Source: Candidatus Thorarchaeota archaeon (GTDB lineage: Archaea; Asgardarchaeota; Thorarchaeia; Thorarchaeales; Thorarchaeaceae). From it: a stretch of DNA of 28,029 nt. The translations under genes were made by a program, and so were the position numbers. Shown piece after piece: positions 8,933-17,932 of the stretch (position 1 is its first letter; each line of letters starts with the position of its first letter). The stretch spans positions 1 to 28,029 of the forward strand of contig JBHLRP010000043.1 of assembly GCA_048882485.1 (NCBI GenBank), in the 5' to 3' direction. The notes below the pieces were generated by a model that ran no database searches, was not told where the DNA came from, and worked only from the letters and a program-made list of their open reading frames with translations.

Positions 8933-9643
8933 ATGCCCGACATCTTTGGAATGATAATGGATGATGCGACTGCAGGAAAAGAAGCAAAACATGAGATTGA
9001 AAGAGACGATGGCTATGCACATGAGAGTCTGGGCAGTCAATATATTGCGCCGTTCTCCGAATGGAATGAGAGCGAGCGACTGGCCAGCGCTGAGGTCAAG
9101 GGCAAGATTCTCGACATTGGCTGTGGAGCTGGCCGCGTAGCTCTCCACTTCCAAGAGATGGGACATGATGTTGTTGGGATCGACATCTCTCAGGCGGCTG
9201 TCGATGCGTCCCGCAAAAGGGGAGTAAAGGAGGTCCATCTCATGTCTGCGGAGAATCTAGATTTTCCCAAGAATACTTTTGATACCGTTATCTTGTTTGG
9301 AAATAACTTCGGAGTGCTTGGTGATGATGAGAAGATCGTGGGGATGCTCATGGACCTACATCGAATAACAAAGCCTGATGCCGTAGTACTGGCACAAACC
9401 AGAGATGTTGCAGATACAGACAAATCCGAGCATATTTCGTATCATGAGAAGAACAGATCAAGAGGAATTCCTATCGGACTAGTCAAGATACGACTCAAGT
9501 ACAAAGGCCACGTAGGAGATTGGTGGCTTCTTCGAATGGTCAATACTGAAGAAATGTCAGGGATGGCCGAGAGAGCGGGTTGGAAACTCGTCAAGACGTA
9601 TGGTCCCAGGAATCTGTACGTTGGTGTCCTCCGAAAAAGATGA
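8933..9643 (+). CDS. Class I SAM-dependent methyltransferase
   Basis: Motifs ILDIGCGAGR, GIDIS, FDTVILFGNNFG and RITKPDA. The start at MPDIFG (8933) is preferred over 8846. Confidence 0.92.
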   Translation: MPDIFGMIMDDATAGKEAKHEIERDDGYAHESLGSQYIAPFSEWNESERLASAEVKGKILDIGCGAGRVALHFQEMGHDVVGIDISQAAVDASRKRGVKEVHLMSAENLDFPKNTFDTVILFGNNFGVLGDDEKIVGMLMDLHRITKPDAVVLAQTRDVADTDKSEHISYHEKNRSRGIPIGLVKIRLKYKGHVGDWWLLRMVNTEEMSGMAERAGWKLVKTYGPRNLYVGVLRKR

Positions 9644-9691
9644 CTGGGCAAGTGTGCAGATAGCAAAGATGTTAATACATGTCTTTAACTA

Positions 9692-9982
9692 TTGTTAACC
9701 ATGTTTCAAACAGAAGCAATCAGTGGGAAGATTCTTACTAGCCAAATCGGATACTTCGGAAAGGGAGAGATAGCCTACGGGTTCATTACCGTGGAAACTC
9801 GGGAAGGCATCCATCTAACGCTGAAGATAGACGCATACACCAAATATGACACCATCAAGGTCGGTGACCAAGTACGTATTACTGTTCATAGGCTTGCTGA
9901 TACGGACATACTAGTGGCAAGAGAGATTGTTACAGAAACGCCTTTTGCTACAGCCTCTAAAGTCAAGGATGAAGCATCCTAG
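9692..9982 (+). CDS. Small hypothetical protein, probable OB-fold
   Basis: Beta-strand pattern YGFITVET...IKVGDQVRITV...LVAREI. Confidence 0.7.
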   Translation: MLTMFQTEAISGKILTSQIGYFGKGEIAYGFITVETREGIHLTLKIDAYTKYDTIKVGDQVRITVHRLADTDILVAREIVTETPFATASKVKDEAS

Positions 9983-10078
9983 AATACTCATTCCTCCTCG
10001 CAATCTGGCCACATGAGGCCAATACTTTTAGAGCTCTAATTGTTATTTGTAAAGACAAGAAAGTCAAGAGGTTGAAAG

Positions 10079-10459
10079 ATGCCGAAAGTTGATTTGCGCT
10101 ACTACTGCTATGTTTGTGGACATCCAGTGGACCTGACACCAGTGGCTCCCGTCGCTCCGAATTTCAGCCATGTCGAAGTAAAGTGCAAGACCTGCGGGGA
10201 TGGCACTCACTTAATGCTGACAGCGTGCCCAGAATGCAAGAAGGGGGTCAAGTACATCCTCTCTGACTTCGATTTTCCAGAAGAGGTTCAGAGACTCTCA
10301 AGAGCATATGTCAATCTCATTGGCGGAATAAAGAACAGCCTCAAGGATGTTGTCGATGAGTTCAATGTACCTCTCCCAAGACGATGGTCAGCCAAATTCA
10401 ATTGTGATTGTGGAGCTGCCTACCAGACAGAGATTCTACTTCCGCAACTTGAGGACTAG
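10079..10459 (+). CDS. Multi-Cys zinc-ribbon hypothetical protein
   Basis: Four Cys pairs: CYVC, CKTC, CPEC and CDC. GAGGTTG upstream. Confidence 0.8.
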   Translation: MPKVDLRYYCYVCGHPVDLTPVAPVAPNFSHVEVKCKTCGDGTHLMLTACPECKKGVKYILSDFDFPEEVQRLSRAYVNLIGGIKNSLKDVVDEFNVPLPRRWSAKFNCDCGAAYQTEILLPQLED

Positions 10460-10483
10460 ACTCGCATCTAGTTGTGACTCCAA

Positions 10484-11263
10484 ATGAAACCACGAGCCAG
10501 AGATCGTGCAAAGGCAAGAATTGCTTCAAAGATGTTTGAAAGCATGAATCAGGACGAGAGGATTGTGAGAGGCGTTCTAGGCGCTAGAGCTAGTGATATT
10601 CCTGACCGCCTTCTTGTGGTTGCAACAGGGAGCTTCAATAAAGGAGCGGCTTCACGTCTCAAGAGCAAGAAAGTAAAGGGAAGACTCACAACAGGGAAAT
10701 ACGGTGATACAGCAATAGGCATCTTGGACACAGGGATTGGCTCGCCCGCTGCAATTATGTTCTTGGAGGCTATCGCAAAGACCAATCCACAAGTGTTCAT
10801 TCGAGCAGACTTTTGCGGCGGTCTATCAAGCGAGCATGATATTGGTCATGCGTTCGTTGCTGATTCAGTTCTTGTAGGAGATGGTGCGGGATCAGTGTAT
10901 TTTGGAGATGGAAAGAAGATAGATGCAGACTCTACTCTAACCAAGCAGGTCTTCACTATTTCAGCGAATTCAGGTTTGCCAACACACAGAGGGACAATGT
11001 GGACAACAGATGTCCTCCTGAGGCAGACAGAGGATTTACTCCAAGAATGGATAGGGCGGGGAGCTCACGCAGTGGACATGGAAACATCAGCGATTCTTGG
11101 GATAGCCTCTGAGAACAAGACCCCTGCAGCATCAATCAACTGTATATCAGATTTGCAGATTCATGGAAAGCCACTCTTTGGACCCGAAATTGATCCGATG
11201 CTCCTAAGGGGAGCCGATTTGGTGATCGATGCAGCGATTCAAGCATTGGTCGAGTGGAAATAG
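10484..11263 (+). CDS. Nucleoside phosphorylase (PNP/UDP family) protein
   Basis: Motifs TGIGSPAA, IRADFCGGL, WTTD, AVDMETSA and ISD. Confidence 0.88.
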   Translation: MKPRARDRAKARIASKMFESMNQDERIVRGVLGARASDIPDRLLVVATGSFNKGAASRLKSKKVKGRLTTGKYGDTAIGILDTGIGSPAAIMFLEAIAKTNPQVFIRADFCGGLSSEHDIGHAFVADSVLVGDGAGSVYFGDGKKIDADSTLTKQVFTISANSGLPTHRGTMWTTDVLLRQTEDLLQEWIGRGAHAVDMETSAILGIASENKTPAASINCISDLQIHGKPLFGPEIDPMLLRGADLVIDAAIQALVEWK

Positions 11264-11300
11264 GCACTTGCTCAAGAACGACTCGTCTTCCAGCTTTGTA

Positions 11301-11774
11301 TCACTCTTGACGCAGTTGCGAAGGAGACGCGATTGCTTGGGGTACAACTATTTCGAAATTGAGATGAACAGGACACTTCATTGAGTTAGCTACAAGGCAA
11401 TATGTATGAGCTCTTTGAGCGGCTTTCTCCATCCTTTTGCGATCTCGCTCTGTTGGAACAATAATCTTTGCGAACATGGTTATTTGGTCAAATTCCCATC
11501 CAGACTCACCCTTGGCCAGAGTTGCTTCACTTTTGACTGAGAATTCAGAAAACTTAGCATGGAATCGTTTTGCGACGCCGGAGAGACTAACGCCGTAACA
11601 TGATACGGCAGAGGCTAGGAAGAGATCCTCAGGTGAAATGAGTTCCTTTGGCGACTCAGACCAGAAGTCAGGCGGCGTAGCTACTTCGAGAGTCGGTTTG
11701 CCTTCAATCTCTACAGTAACGATTTTCTCACGGACCCAGTTGCTTTCAAGCTTGTATCGATGTTCTTCGGTCAT
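11301..11774 (-). CDS. OsmC/Ohr family protein
   Basis: SPEDLFLASAVSCY and AHTYCLVANSM; both conserved Cys are present. Confidence 0.92.
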   Translation of the reverse strand: MTEEHRYKLESNWVREKIVTVEIEGKPTLEVATPPDFWSESPKELISPEDLFLASAVSCYGVSLSGVAKRFHAKFSEFSVKSEATLAKGESGWEFDQITMFAKIIVPTERDRKRMEKAAQRAHTYCLVANSMKCPVHLNFEIVVPQAIASPSQLRQE

Positions 11775-11995
11775 TGAGGGAGCCTCTAATTGCCCGTGAT
11801 AGAACCACTTTATAGGATTGCGATTTGACCATCACTACTTCATAAGCGTGACAGAATGGAATGGGCGCCAGCTCACAATTTCCTAGAGTAGGGCTTATTA
11901 GGATGTGGTGCACTACACAACATGTGTGGTGAGCAGGTGGCTAACTGGGCCTATATTCTGTAACATGCCCTCATAACTCCCCCCCTCCTACCAGT

Positions 11996-12017
11996 GGCTT
12001 TCTCTTCGGAGAAGGCC
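11996..12017. terminator. 9-bp stem-loop (cTTCGg loop on +) directly 3' of the vWA reading frame
   Basis: GGCTTTCTC-TTCG-GAGAAGGCC. Terminator function is inferred from position only. Confidence 0.45.
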
Positions 12018-12953
12018 TAAGCCTTGTTGGCGCTGATCGCCACACAACCTCTGCTTTTCCGCCCTTTTTTTGACTTCTGGAGTGCTCCTGTGATATCAGC
12101 ATCGCTGACCTCTTTCTCTTCAAGAATGAATCTCTCTGTTCCCAGAGCGCTTGCAAATGCGGGTGCTTTCATCACAGCACGCTTCTTGAGACCCCTGTCC
12201 CTAACCTTTGTAGCTAGCTCTGCAAATCTCTCTTCAGTAAGCTCTTACTCCGACGGAAAGTCCTCAATGGCGGAAATACCCAACTCTCCCATTATGGCTT
12301 GCTGAATTGCAATCTTGTCAATCTCTTCGATAGCAACTCCAGTTATGATCTGTACAAGATTTTCCACCTCGTCTAGTGAGAAGAACTTCCCCTCAGAAGC
12401 TGCAGCAATCTCTTCCCAAACCGTTACAACATTGCTGTATCTGGAAGTTTCAGGAAAACAACCCATTGTATGTACAATGATACCTTCATAGTAAGCGTTC
12501 ATTGCTTCTTCTTCCCAGTGAATCCCACTAGGAGGGCCATCCGGCCATCTATCACCTGGCTCGACCCCATGTGGAGGAGCATCACTAATCAGAACTACGA
12601 CTTTAGCAGCCTCTCCATTCCATTCAAGATTGATAGCATCTCTTAGCCCATCATCAACTGCTTCGGGACCATCGCCACCTCTGAGCTGACATGCTCCTGA
12701 CGTTACGTTCAATCACTGCGGTGTCATCAGTGAGGTGAAACTTCTTCGTAACAAAGGTTCTTTCTTCTGGTGGGTGGTCTCGATAAGGAACCAAGCCTAC
12801 TCTCAGACTATGACATAACTCCTCTTTCTTAATCGTTCGGATTATCTCAAGTATCTTACTCTTTGCCACGTTGATGTAAGGCCCCATAGAGCCAGTATTG
12901 TCTACAACGAAAACCAGGTCTAGCTGCCCCAATTTCTCCGACATACCCATCAC
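12017..12953 (-). pseudogene. von Willebrand factor A (vWA) domain protein, disrupted by one frameshift and one nonsense codon
   Basis: Fragment 1 (12953-12654) has MIDAS DNTGSM and YRDH. Fragment 2 continues GGDGPEA...LISDAPPHG in another frame (shift near 12680). TAA at 12245-12247 is followed by 75 more sense codons (ELTEERFAELATKVRDRG...) to TAG at 12017. Confidence 0.85.
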
Positions 12954-13129
12954 AGCATAACGTCATTCAGATTGATAGATATATCCCTATAAGTTGTAAG
13001 GGTTTAGAATTGTGCCCACTAATTCTGATGGATTCTCGGAGCATTTGCGGATATGTTTTCTTGCATGGAAACACTTCCTCCTTCTAGTTCCTAATGGAAT
13101 GGGTCACAATAGGTGCGTAATATGAAGAT

Positions 13130-14797
13130 TCATCCTTGATGCTTATTGACAATAGGCATCTTCCAACCAACGCCAAAAGCCTTCTGTGTGATTTTAATGC
13201 AAGGAGGGGCCTGCCAGCGTTTGTACTCTGCACGACGAACTCTGCTATACACATCTTTTACTACTTCTGGGGGATAGCCCATTTCAACCAGCTCAGACTG
13301 GCTCTTGCGGTCTTCAATGATATCGTCAACCAAGGGGCTGACAATATCAAAATCAAATGGATCAAATTGATCCAGCTTGAGTTCAGCAGATGGTTTCTTC
13401 TCAATCGAGCCTTTAGGAATTACTTGTTTTCCCTTCATCTTGTTGTACCACCTCGCCAAGGCGTAAACCTCAAGCTTGCTAACATCCCCAATAACCCCAA
13501 CACCTCCTGTCATGTCACCATACAGAGTGCAATAGCCAAGGGCAAGCTCTGTCTTATTGCCTGTGTTGAGCACAAGAATGCGAAGGTCTCTAAATCGGTT
13601 AGAAATGTCCATGAGGATATTGCTTCTGATTCTTGGCTGTATGTTCTCATCAGCCACGTGATCATCATTTTCTGGCCTTGTACGGTGGAGAGTTCGCAGA
13701 TCAACAAGGAGAGCCTCTGTTGAGGCATGAAACTGGTCAACGATTGACTGTATTGGAGCTTTCACAAAATGGATCCCGAGATTGCGTGCTAAGACCTCTG
13801 CATCGGACTTACTATGATCACTCGAATACTTTGATGGCATACTAACCCCGATTGTGTTATTGGGGCCCAGTGCCTCAGAAGCTATACATGCTGTCAAGGA
13901 TGAGTCTATGCCTCCACTGAGACCAAGTACTGCTCTCCGAAAACCTGTCTTCTTGAAGTAGTCTCGAAGGCCTAGGACAAGAGCACCGAACATCTCTCTA
14001 TATCTGTCATAGTCAGGCAGTGTAATTCCTGGTGCAGTCATTGATTTAGGATCGAGATCAGTGATAATCAGATCTTCCTCAAAGTCAGCACCTTTGGCAA
14101 TGACTTTGCCATCTGCATCTATTGCCACACTCTGTCCAGAGAACACCAGCTCGTCCTGACCACCTATCATATTGGTGAGAAAGACAGGCACTTTGCTAGC
14201 CACGGCTCTATCTCGAACCTCTTCCTCTCTCCTGAAGCATTTTGCAGAGTAGAAAGGCGAGGCTGAGATGTTTAGAATCAATTGAGCTCCGCGTTCAACT
14301 AGAATACTAGTCACCTTAATGTCGTATTCATCGTCCCACAGATCTTCACAGATCTGCACCCCGAAATTTACCTCCTGGCTTCCGATCATGAGTGAAACTG
14401 GCTGAATCCGCTCAGGATCTAAAGGTGTGAAGTATCTGGCTTCATCAAACACATCATAAGTGGGAAGGAGAGTTTTATGGATGATTTTCAAGACGCTCCC
14501 ATTTTGAATTACTGCGGCGGCATTGAAGATATCCTCATCGTCATAATCCACGAATCCCACGACAGCAATAATCCCCTTGGTTTCCTTCACAATATCATCC
14601 AGAGCTTTTCGGTTCGCTTCTAGAAAAGATCGTTCCAAAAGAAGGTCTTGCGGAGGGTAGCCAGCCACTGCCATCTCAGGAAAGACAACGACATCGGCAT
14701 CCTGTTCTTTGGCCTTGGAGAGAAACGTAAGGATTTTAGATGCATTGCCAGAGAAGTCGCCCACGGTGGGATTAATCTGAGCCATAGCGATTTTCAT
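13130..14797 (-). CDS. nadE: Glutamine-dependent NAD+ synthetase
   Basis: Nitrilase-type domain with E-K-C triad (FPEM, HKTLLPTY, ICEDLW) fused to a synthetase domain (LGLSGGIDS, NKTELALGYCTLYGD, PSAEL, AEYKR). GGTGA RBS. Confidence 0.97.
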   Translation of the reverse strand: MKIAMAQINPTVGDFSGNASKILTFLSKAKEQDADVVVFPEMAVAGYPPQDLLLERSFLEANRKALDDIVKETKGIIAVVGFVDYDDEDIFNAAAVIQNGSVLKIIHKTLLPTYDVFDEARYFTPLDPERIQPVSLMIGSQEVNFGVQICEDLWDDEYDIKVTSILVERGAQLILNISASPFYSAKCFRREEEVRDRAVASKVPVFLTNMIGGQDELVFSGQSVAIDADGKVIAKGADFEEDLIITDLDPKSMTAPGITLPDYDRYREMFGALVLGLRDYFKKTGFRRAVLGLSGGIDSSLTACIASEALGPNNTIGVSMPSKYSSDHSKSDAEVLARNLGIHFVKAPIQSIVDQFHASTEALLVDLRTLHRTRPENDDHVADENIQPRIRSNILMDISNRFRDLRILVLNTGNKTELALGYCTLYGDMTGGVGVIGDVSKLEVYALARWYNKMKGKQVIPKGSIEKKPSAELKLDQFDPFDFDIVSPLVDDIIEDRKSQSELVEMGYPPEVVKDVYSRVRRAEYKRWQAPPCIKITQKAFGVGWKMPIVNKHQG

Positions 14798-15048
14798 GGT
14801 TTCTCACCACTCTCAAGCTGTTATCGCGGAAAAAAGCCTTTTGTGGTGTCCCTTTATGACAACACTTGCCTCTCAGACAAACCGCTGGGCATAAACCACC
14901 ATATGTGCAGTTTTGGTGCTTGATTGCTCCCCGTATCTCAGATTCAATAAAGAGTCTAAAGTGGGCGCATCAGAAAGATTGTAAATCGAGTTCTTAGCTT
15001 GACCTCCCGTGGCTAGAATAGGCGAAGTCCGTTGCCTGAAGCGATTCT

Positions 15049-15363
15049 CTAATCATGCTTTCGCAGTCGTAATAACTGCGGAGTCTTGTCAGGGACTCGC
15101 TCAATAAGACCCCTGGCTTCTAAGTCAAGCTTTACTGTGGTGTAATACCAACTGATTGAGCCATTGAATTTGCTAGACAATTTGCTTTGTACCATTTCAC
15201 GTAAGTCTTTGAATCCTAAGACCTCAACCTCCTGAAGCGAGGTTAAGATTGCAGACTTAATTTGGTCGTACTTCGCCCGTTCGATATTCACCCCACTCTT
15301 GCCAGCAGGATGGAGAGTTAGAATTCTATCATTCATTTTAGAATAGTCCATGATTTGCCACAC
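15049..15363 (-). CDS. Conserved small winged-helix-like hypothetical protein (DUF6958-like)
   Basis: TLHPAGKSGVNI...FNGSISWYYTTVKLDLEARGLIER resembles a conserved bacterial-type family. The start is probably MDYSK or MNDRI. Confidence 0.7.
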   Translation of the reverse strand: MWQIMDYSKMNDRILTLHPAGKSGVNIERAKYDQIKSAILTSLQEVEVLGFKDLREMVQSKLSSKFNGSISWYYTTVKLDLEARGLIERVPDKTPQLLRLRKHD

Positions 15364-15494
15364 AAATCCATTAATTCCTTGAAAAGCTCTGGGAAATAGG
15401 AATCGGAATTAATAATTAGGCTATGTTTCATATCGACACATGCGAGTGTCAAAATACTTCCCACTGCAATTCAAAGGCGGAGGATTCATCTGAA

Positions 15495-16358
15495 ATGAGA
15501 ACACCTGAACTCCGAAAGACCATTCTCAGAATGGCGGGGACACATAATTTCTACGGTTATGAGATTCATCAGAAGCTCGGAGAAAAAGGCATCAAGGTGG
15601 GAATTGGTCGGCTATATGCAATTCTGGGCGAAATGAAATCAGATGGACTGCTTCAAGACACTTGGGAAAAGAGTAGCTCGGGACCTAAACGCAGAGTATA
15701 CTGTATTTCTTCCAAAGGTGGAGAGGAAAGAGAGAAGATTCTCATGGAAGCTATAAAGACAATTCATGACTTTTACATTGAATATCTCTTGGATTTGCCT
15801 CCAGAACTTAGCGCTTTCAACAGAGTTGCTGATTTGGTTACTAAGGGAACAGGAGAGGAAATCAATATCGGTTATGCAGTACCAGGGATTTCGAGTTCAG
15901 TGAAACGATTAATACGAAAAATCCGAGAGAATCGTCCCAAGGCGAATATCTACGTCTTCTCTCCTAAGGCAACAACCTCTGAACTTGATGTTAGTGATTT
16001 TCTGACTCTGGATGGAACCCTAGAGGATATCCCAACAAAAGACCACTATTTCAGCCTTCTAATGGCTACTGGAAACATCAAGAAGGATTGCATGGATGCG
16101 TGCTTAACAGAATGGAGAAGAGTGATACATCCTAAGGGCAAGATCGCGGTGGTAACTCCATCAGCTCTCATTGCTGACTACAAGGACCCTCTTGGGATAG
16201 GGGAGTTCATTGAGATGCGTGAGCATCCGCCTTCTCCTGGCGACGACCATCTGAATGTAGATATGTTGAAGACGGCTATAGGAAAACAGTTCAGGAAAGT
16301 AAAGGAAGAGAGAGTTGTCCACATCACAGTATTAACAGGCTCTGGAAGCATTTTATAA
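15495..16358 (+). CDS. PadR family transcriptional regulator fused to a degenerate SAM-methyltransferase-like domain
   Basis: N-term YGYEI...GRLYAIL...GLL...W...SGPKRRVY (PadR). C-term DGTLEDIPTKDHYFSLL...EWRRVIHPKGKI. The start at MRTPEL is preferred over 15423. Confidence 0.85.
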   Translation: MRTPELRKTILRMAGTHNFYGYEIHQKLGEKGIKVGIGRLYAILGEMKSDGLLQDTWEKSSSGPKRRVYCISSKGGEEREKILMEAIKTIHDFYIEYLLDLPPELSAFNRVADLVTKGTGEEINIGYAVPGISSSVKRLIRKIRENRPKANIYVFSPKATTSELDVSDFLTLDGTLEDIPTKDHYFSLLMATGNIKKDCMDACLTEWRRVIHPKGKIAVVTPSALIADYKDPLGIGEFIEMREHPPSPGDDHLNVDMLKTAIGKQFRKVKEERVVHITVLTGSGSIL

Positions 16359-16579
16359 AGTACCGCGTTTGACAAGCAATTTCATAAATAGAATGATGTG
16401 GTATGTTCATATTGATACTATACCTAATTTCTGATAGGGCTTTATTTAGCCTGTTGACCCATGATTTCAAGGCAATCAGTGTGTTCCTGTGATTGCATCG
16501 GTTCCCGGATCGAGCACGCAAGGATTGCAGGTCACTTCATGCGATTTCCAACTCCTACAGAGAAATAGTATACCATATT

Positions 16580-16609
16580 GGGAGGGTCAGTTTCAAACTG
16601 ACCACTCCC
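16580..16609. repeat. Inverted repeat (possible operator or hairpin)
   Basis: GGGAG-GGTCAGTTT-C-AAACTGACC-A-CTCCC: perfect 9-bp arms plus 5-bp outer arms. Confidence 0.75.
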
Positions 16610-16768
16610 GCCATCTAAAACGACTCGCTTGTGCATATTCATCTGGTAACTTCAGTATATTCCATCCAGAACTATAGTTGGCCTTTGATAGATGCTTAAC
16701 TAGTTTCTTTGCTCTTGCCGAACCAGCTGATAATCAGCATTTGCATGAATTAGAAGGGGTTAAAGCAT

Positions 16769-17893
16769 TTGAAATCAAGGAATCTATACGCTAGTCTGGC
16801 CATTCTTGGGTTCTTCCTAGCAGCGTTCTTTGCGACACACAACATTGTAGCTCTGCCGGACGGAATCACTCTGATGGTCTATGAAACAACAGACCCTATC
16901 ACTCTGGATGGCAATGCCTCAGAAGCCGCATGGGGAATGGCTGACACGCTCCTCATTCCTGATATCGATGGGTCTGGAATTGATGTTACGCTGAAAGCGC
17001 TTATGGACGAAACCTATGTGTATCTCTACGCCACATGGAATGATACAACGCAAGATGATACACGCAATGGATGGGCGTTCAATGGCACAGATTGGGAAAA
17101 TGTTGGCGGCAATGAGGATCGCATTACTTTAGCATGGGGATTGGGATCTGCGATTGTCTGCGGTCATAATCCCAGTACAGCAGATGGCATGCTATTCGAC
17201 GTATGGCATTGGAAAGCCGCACGAACGGCCCTTGCGGGCTGGGCTGATGATAAGTTCTGGGATGGCTCAGGTAGGCATGGTGATGCAAAGACGGCAGGTG
17301 GCTATTTAGACAACTCAGTTGTCGTTCAAGCAGCAAATCCTGCAGCCATTACAGCTGCACTTGGAAACAGCTCTCCTGTTGTCGCGTTCAGTAATGATGA
17401 CCGCCCCTATTGGAGCAACTCAGGAGCTCTCATCGCCTGGACGAACGGAGCCAATTCAACTCCGATAGGTGACTACATCCATGGATACAACACAACCATT
17501 CCTGTGGGTAGCAGAGGAGATGTTCTATCCAGCTCAACTCACAATGGAACTGCTTGGCAAGTAGAGTTCATGAGGGCTCTTGACACAGGAAACTCTGCCG
17601 ATGATGTTGCCTTCGATGGAAGCCCACAGCCATTTTTCGTTGCAATCCATAATAACTCTGGAGACTGGGCGCATTTCAAGGCAGGCGGAATGGCCTCTAC
17701 AGAATTCACTCTAGCATTTCCGGCATCAACCACTACAACGACTGAATCAACCACAACAACCACGAGTACCACTTCAACACCAACTACGACGCCTACTCCT
17801 CCTCCAATAGACCAAACACTATTGATTGCTGCAGCCTTCGGGGGAATCGTGATCATACTTGTGATTGTAGTATTTGTCAGAAGAGGGAGATAG
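16769..17893 (+). CDS. Cell-surface ethylbenzene dehydrogenase gamma-like (EB_dh/DOMON-like) protein with Thr-rich stalk and C-terminal membrane anchor
   Basis: Signal peptide; ITLDG...W, YLYATWND, EDRI, DVWHWKAART, WQVEFMRALDTG and DDVAF motifs; poly-Thr/Pro linker, TM helix and RRGR tail. Confidence 0.8.
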   Translation: MKSRNLYASLAILGFFLAAFFATHNIVALPDGITLMVYETTDPITLDGNASEAAWGMADTLLIPDIDGSGIDVTLKALMDETYVYLYATWNDTTQDDTRNGWAFNGTDWENVGGNEDRITLAWGLGSAIVCGHNPSTADGMLFDVWHWKAARTALAGWADDKFWDGSGRHGDAKTAGGYLDNSVVVQAANPAAITAALGNSSPVVAFSNDDRPYWSNSGALIAWTNGANSTPIGDYIHGYNTTIPVGSRGDVLSSSTHNGTAWQVEFMRALDTGNSADDVAFDGSPQPFFVAIHNNSGDWAHFKAGGMASTEFTLAFPASTTTTTESTTTTTSTTSTPTTTPTPPPIDQTLLIAAAFGGIVIILVIVVFVRRGR

Positions 17894-17932
17894 GGCTCAA
17901 GGCCCCTCCCCTTTTTTCTCAATCTAATCAAG

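Noticed and set aside
12245-12247. Selenocysteine/pyrrolysine readthrough in the vWA gene or at other stops
   Set aside because: The internal stop is TAA. The TGA-ending genes I examined appear complete and have no convincing continuation, so the 3' hairpins were not called SECIS elements.
13136-13845. 195-aa, 76-aa and 70-aa ORFs within nadE
   Set aside because: Antisense or out-of-frame overlaps of a well-conserved gene with no recognisable motifs. The same applies to the other short nested ORFs in the track.
17728-17806. ACN-rich quasi-repeat
   Set aside because: Encodes the Thr/Pro stalk of the surface protein; not a CRISPR array or DNA-level tandem repeat.
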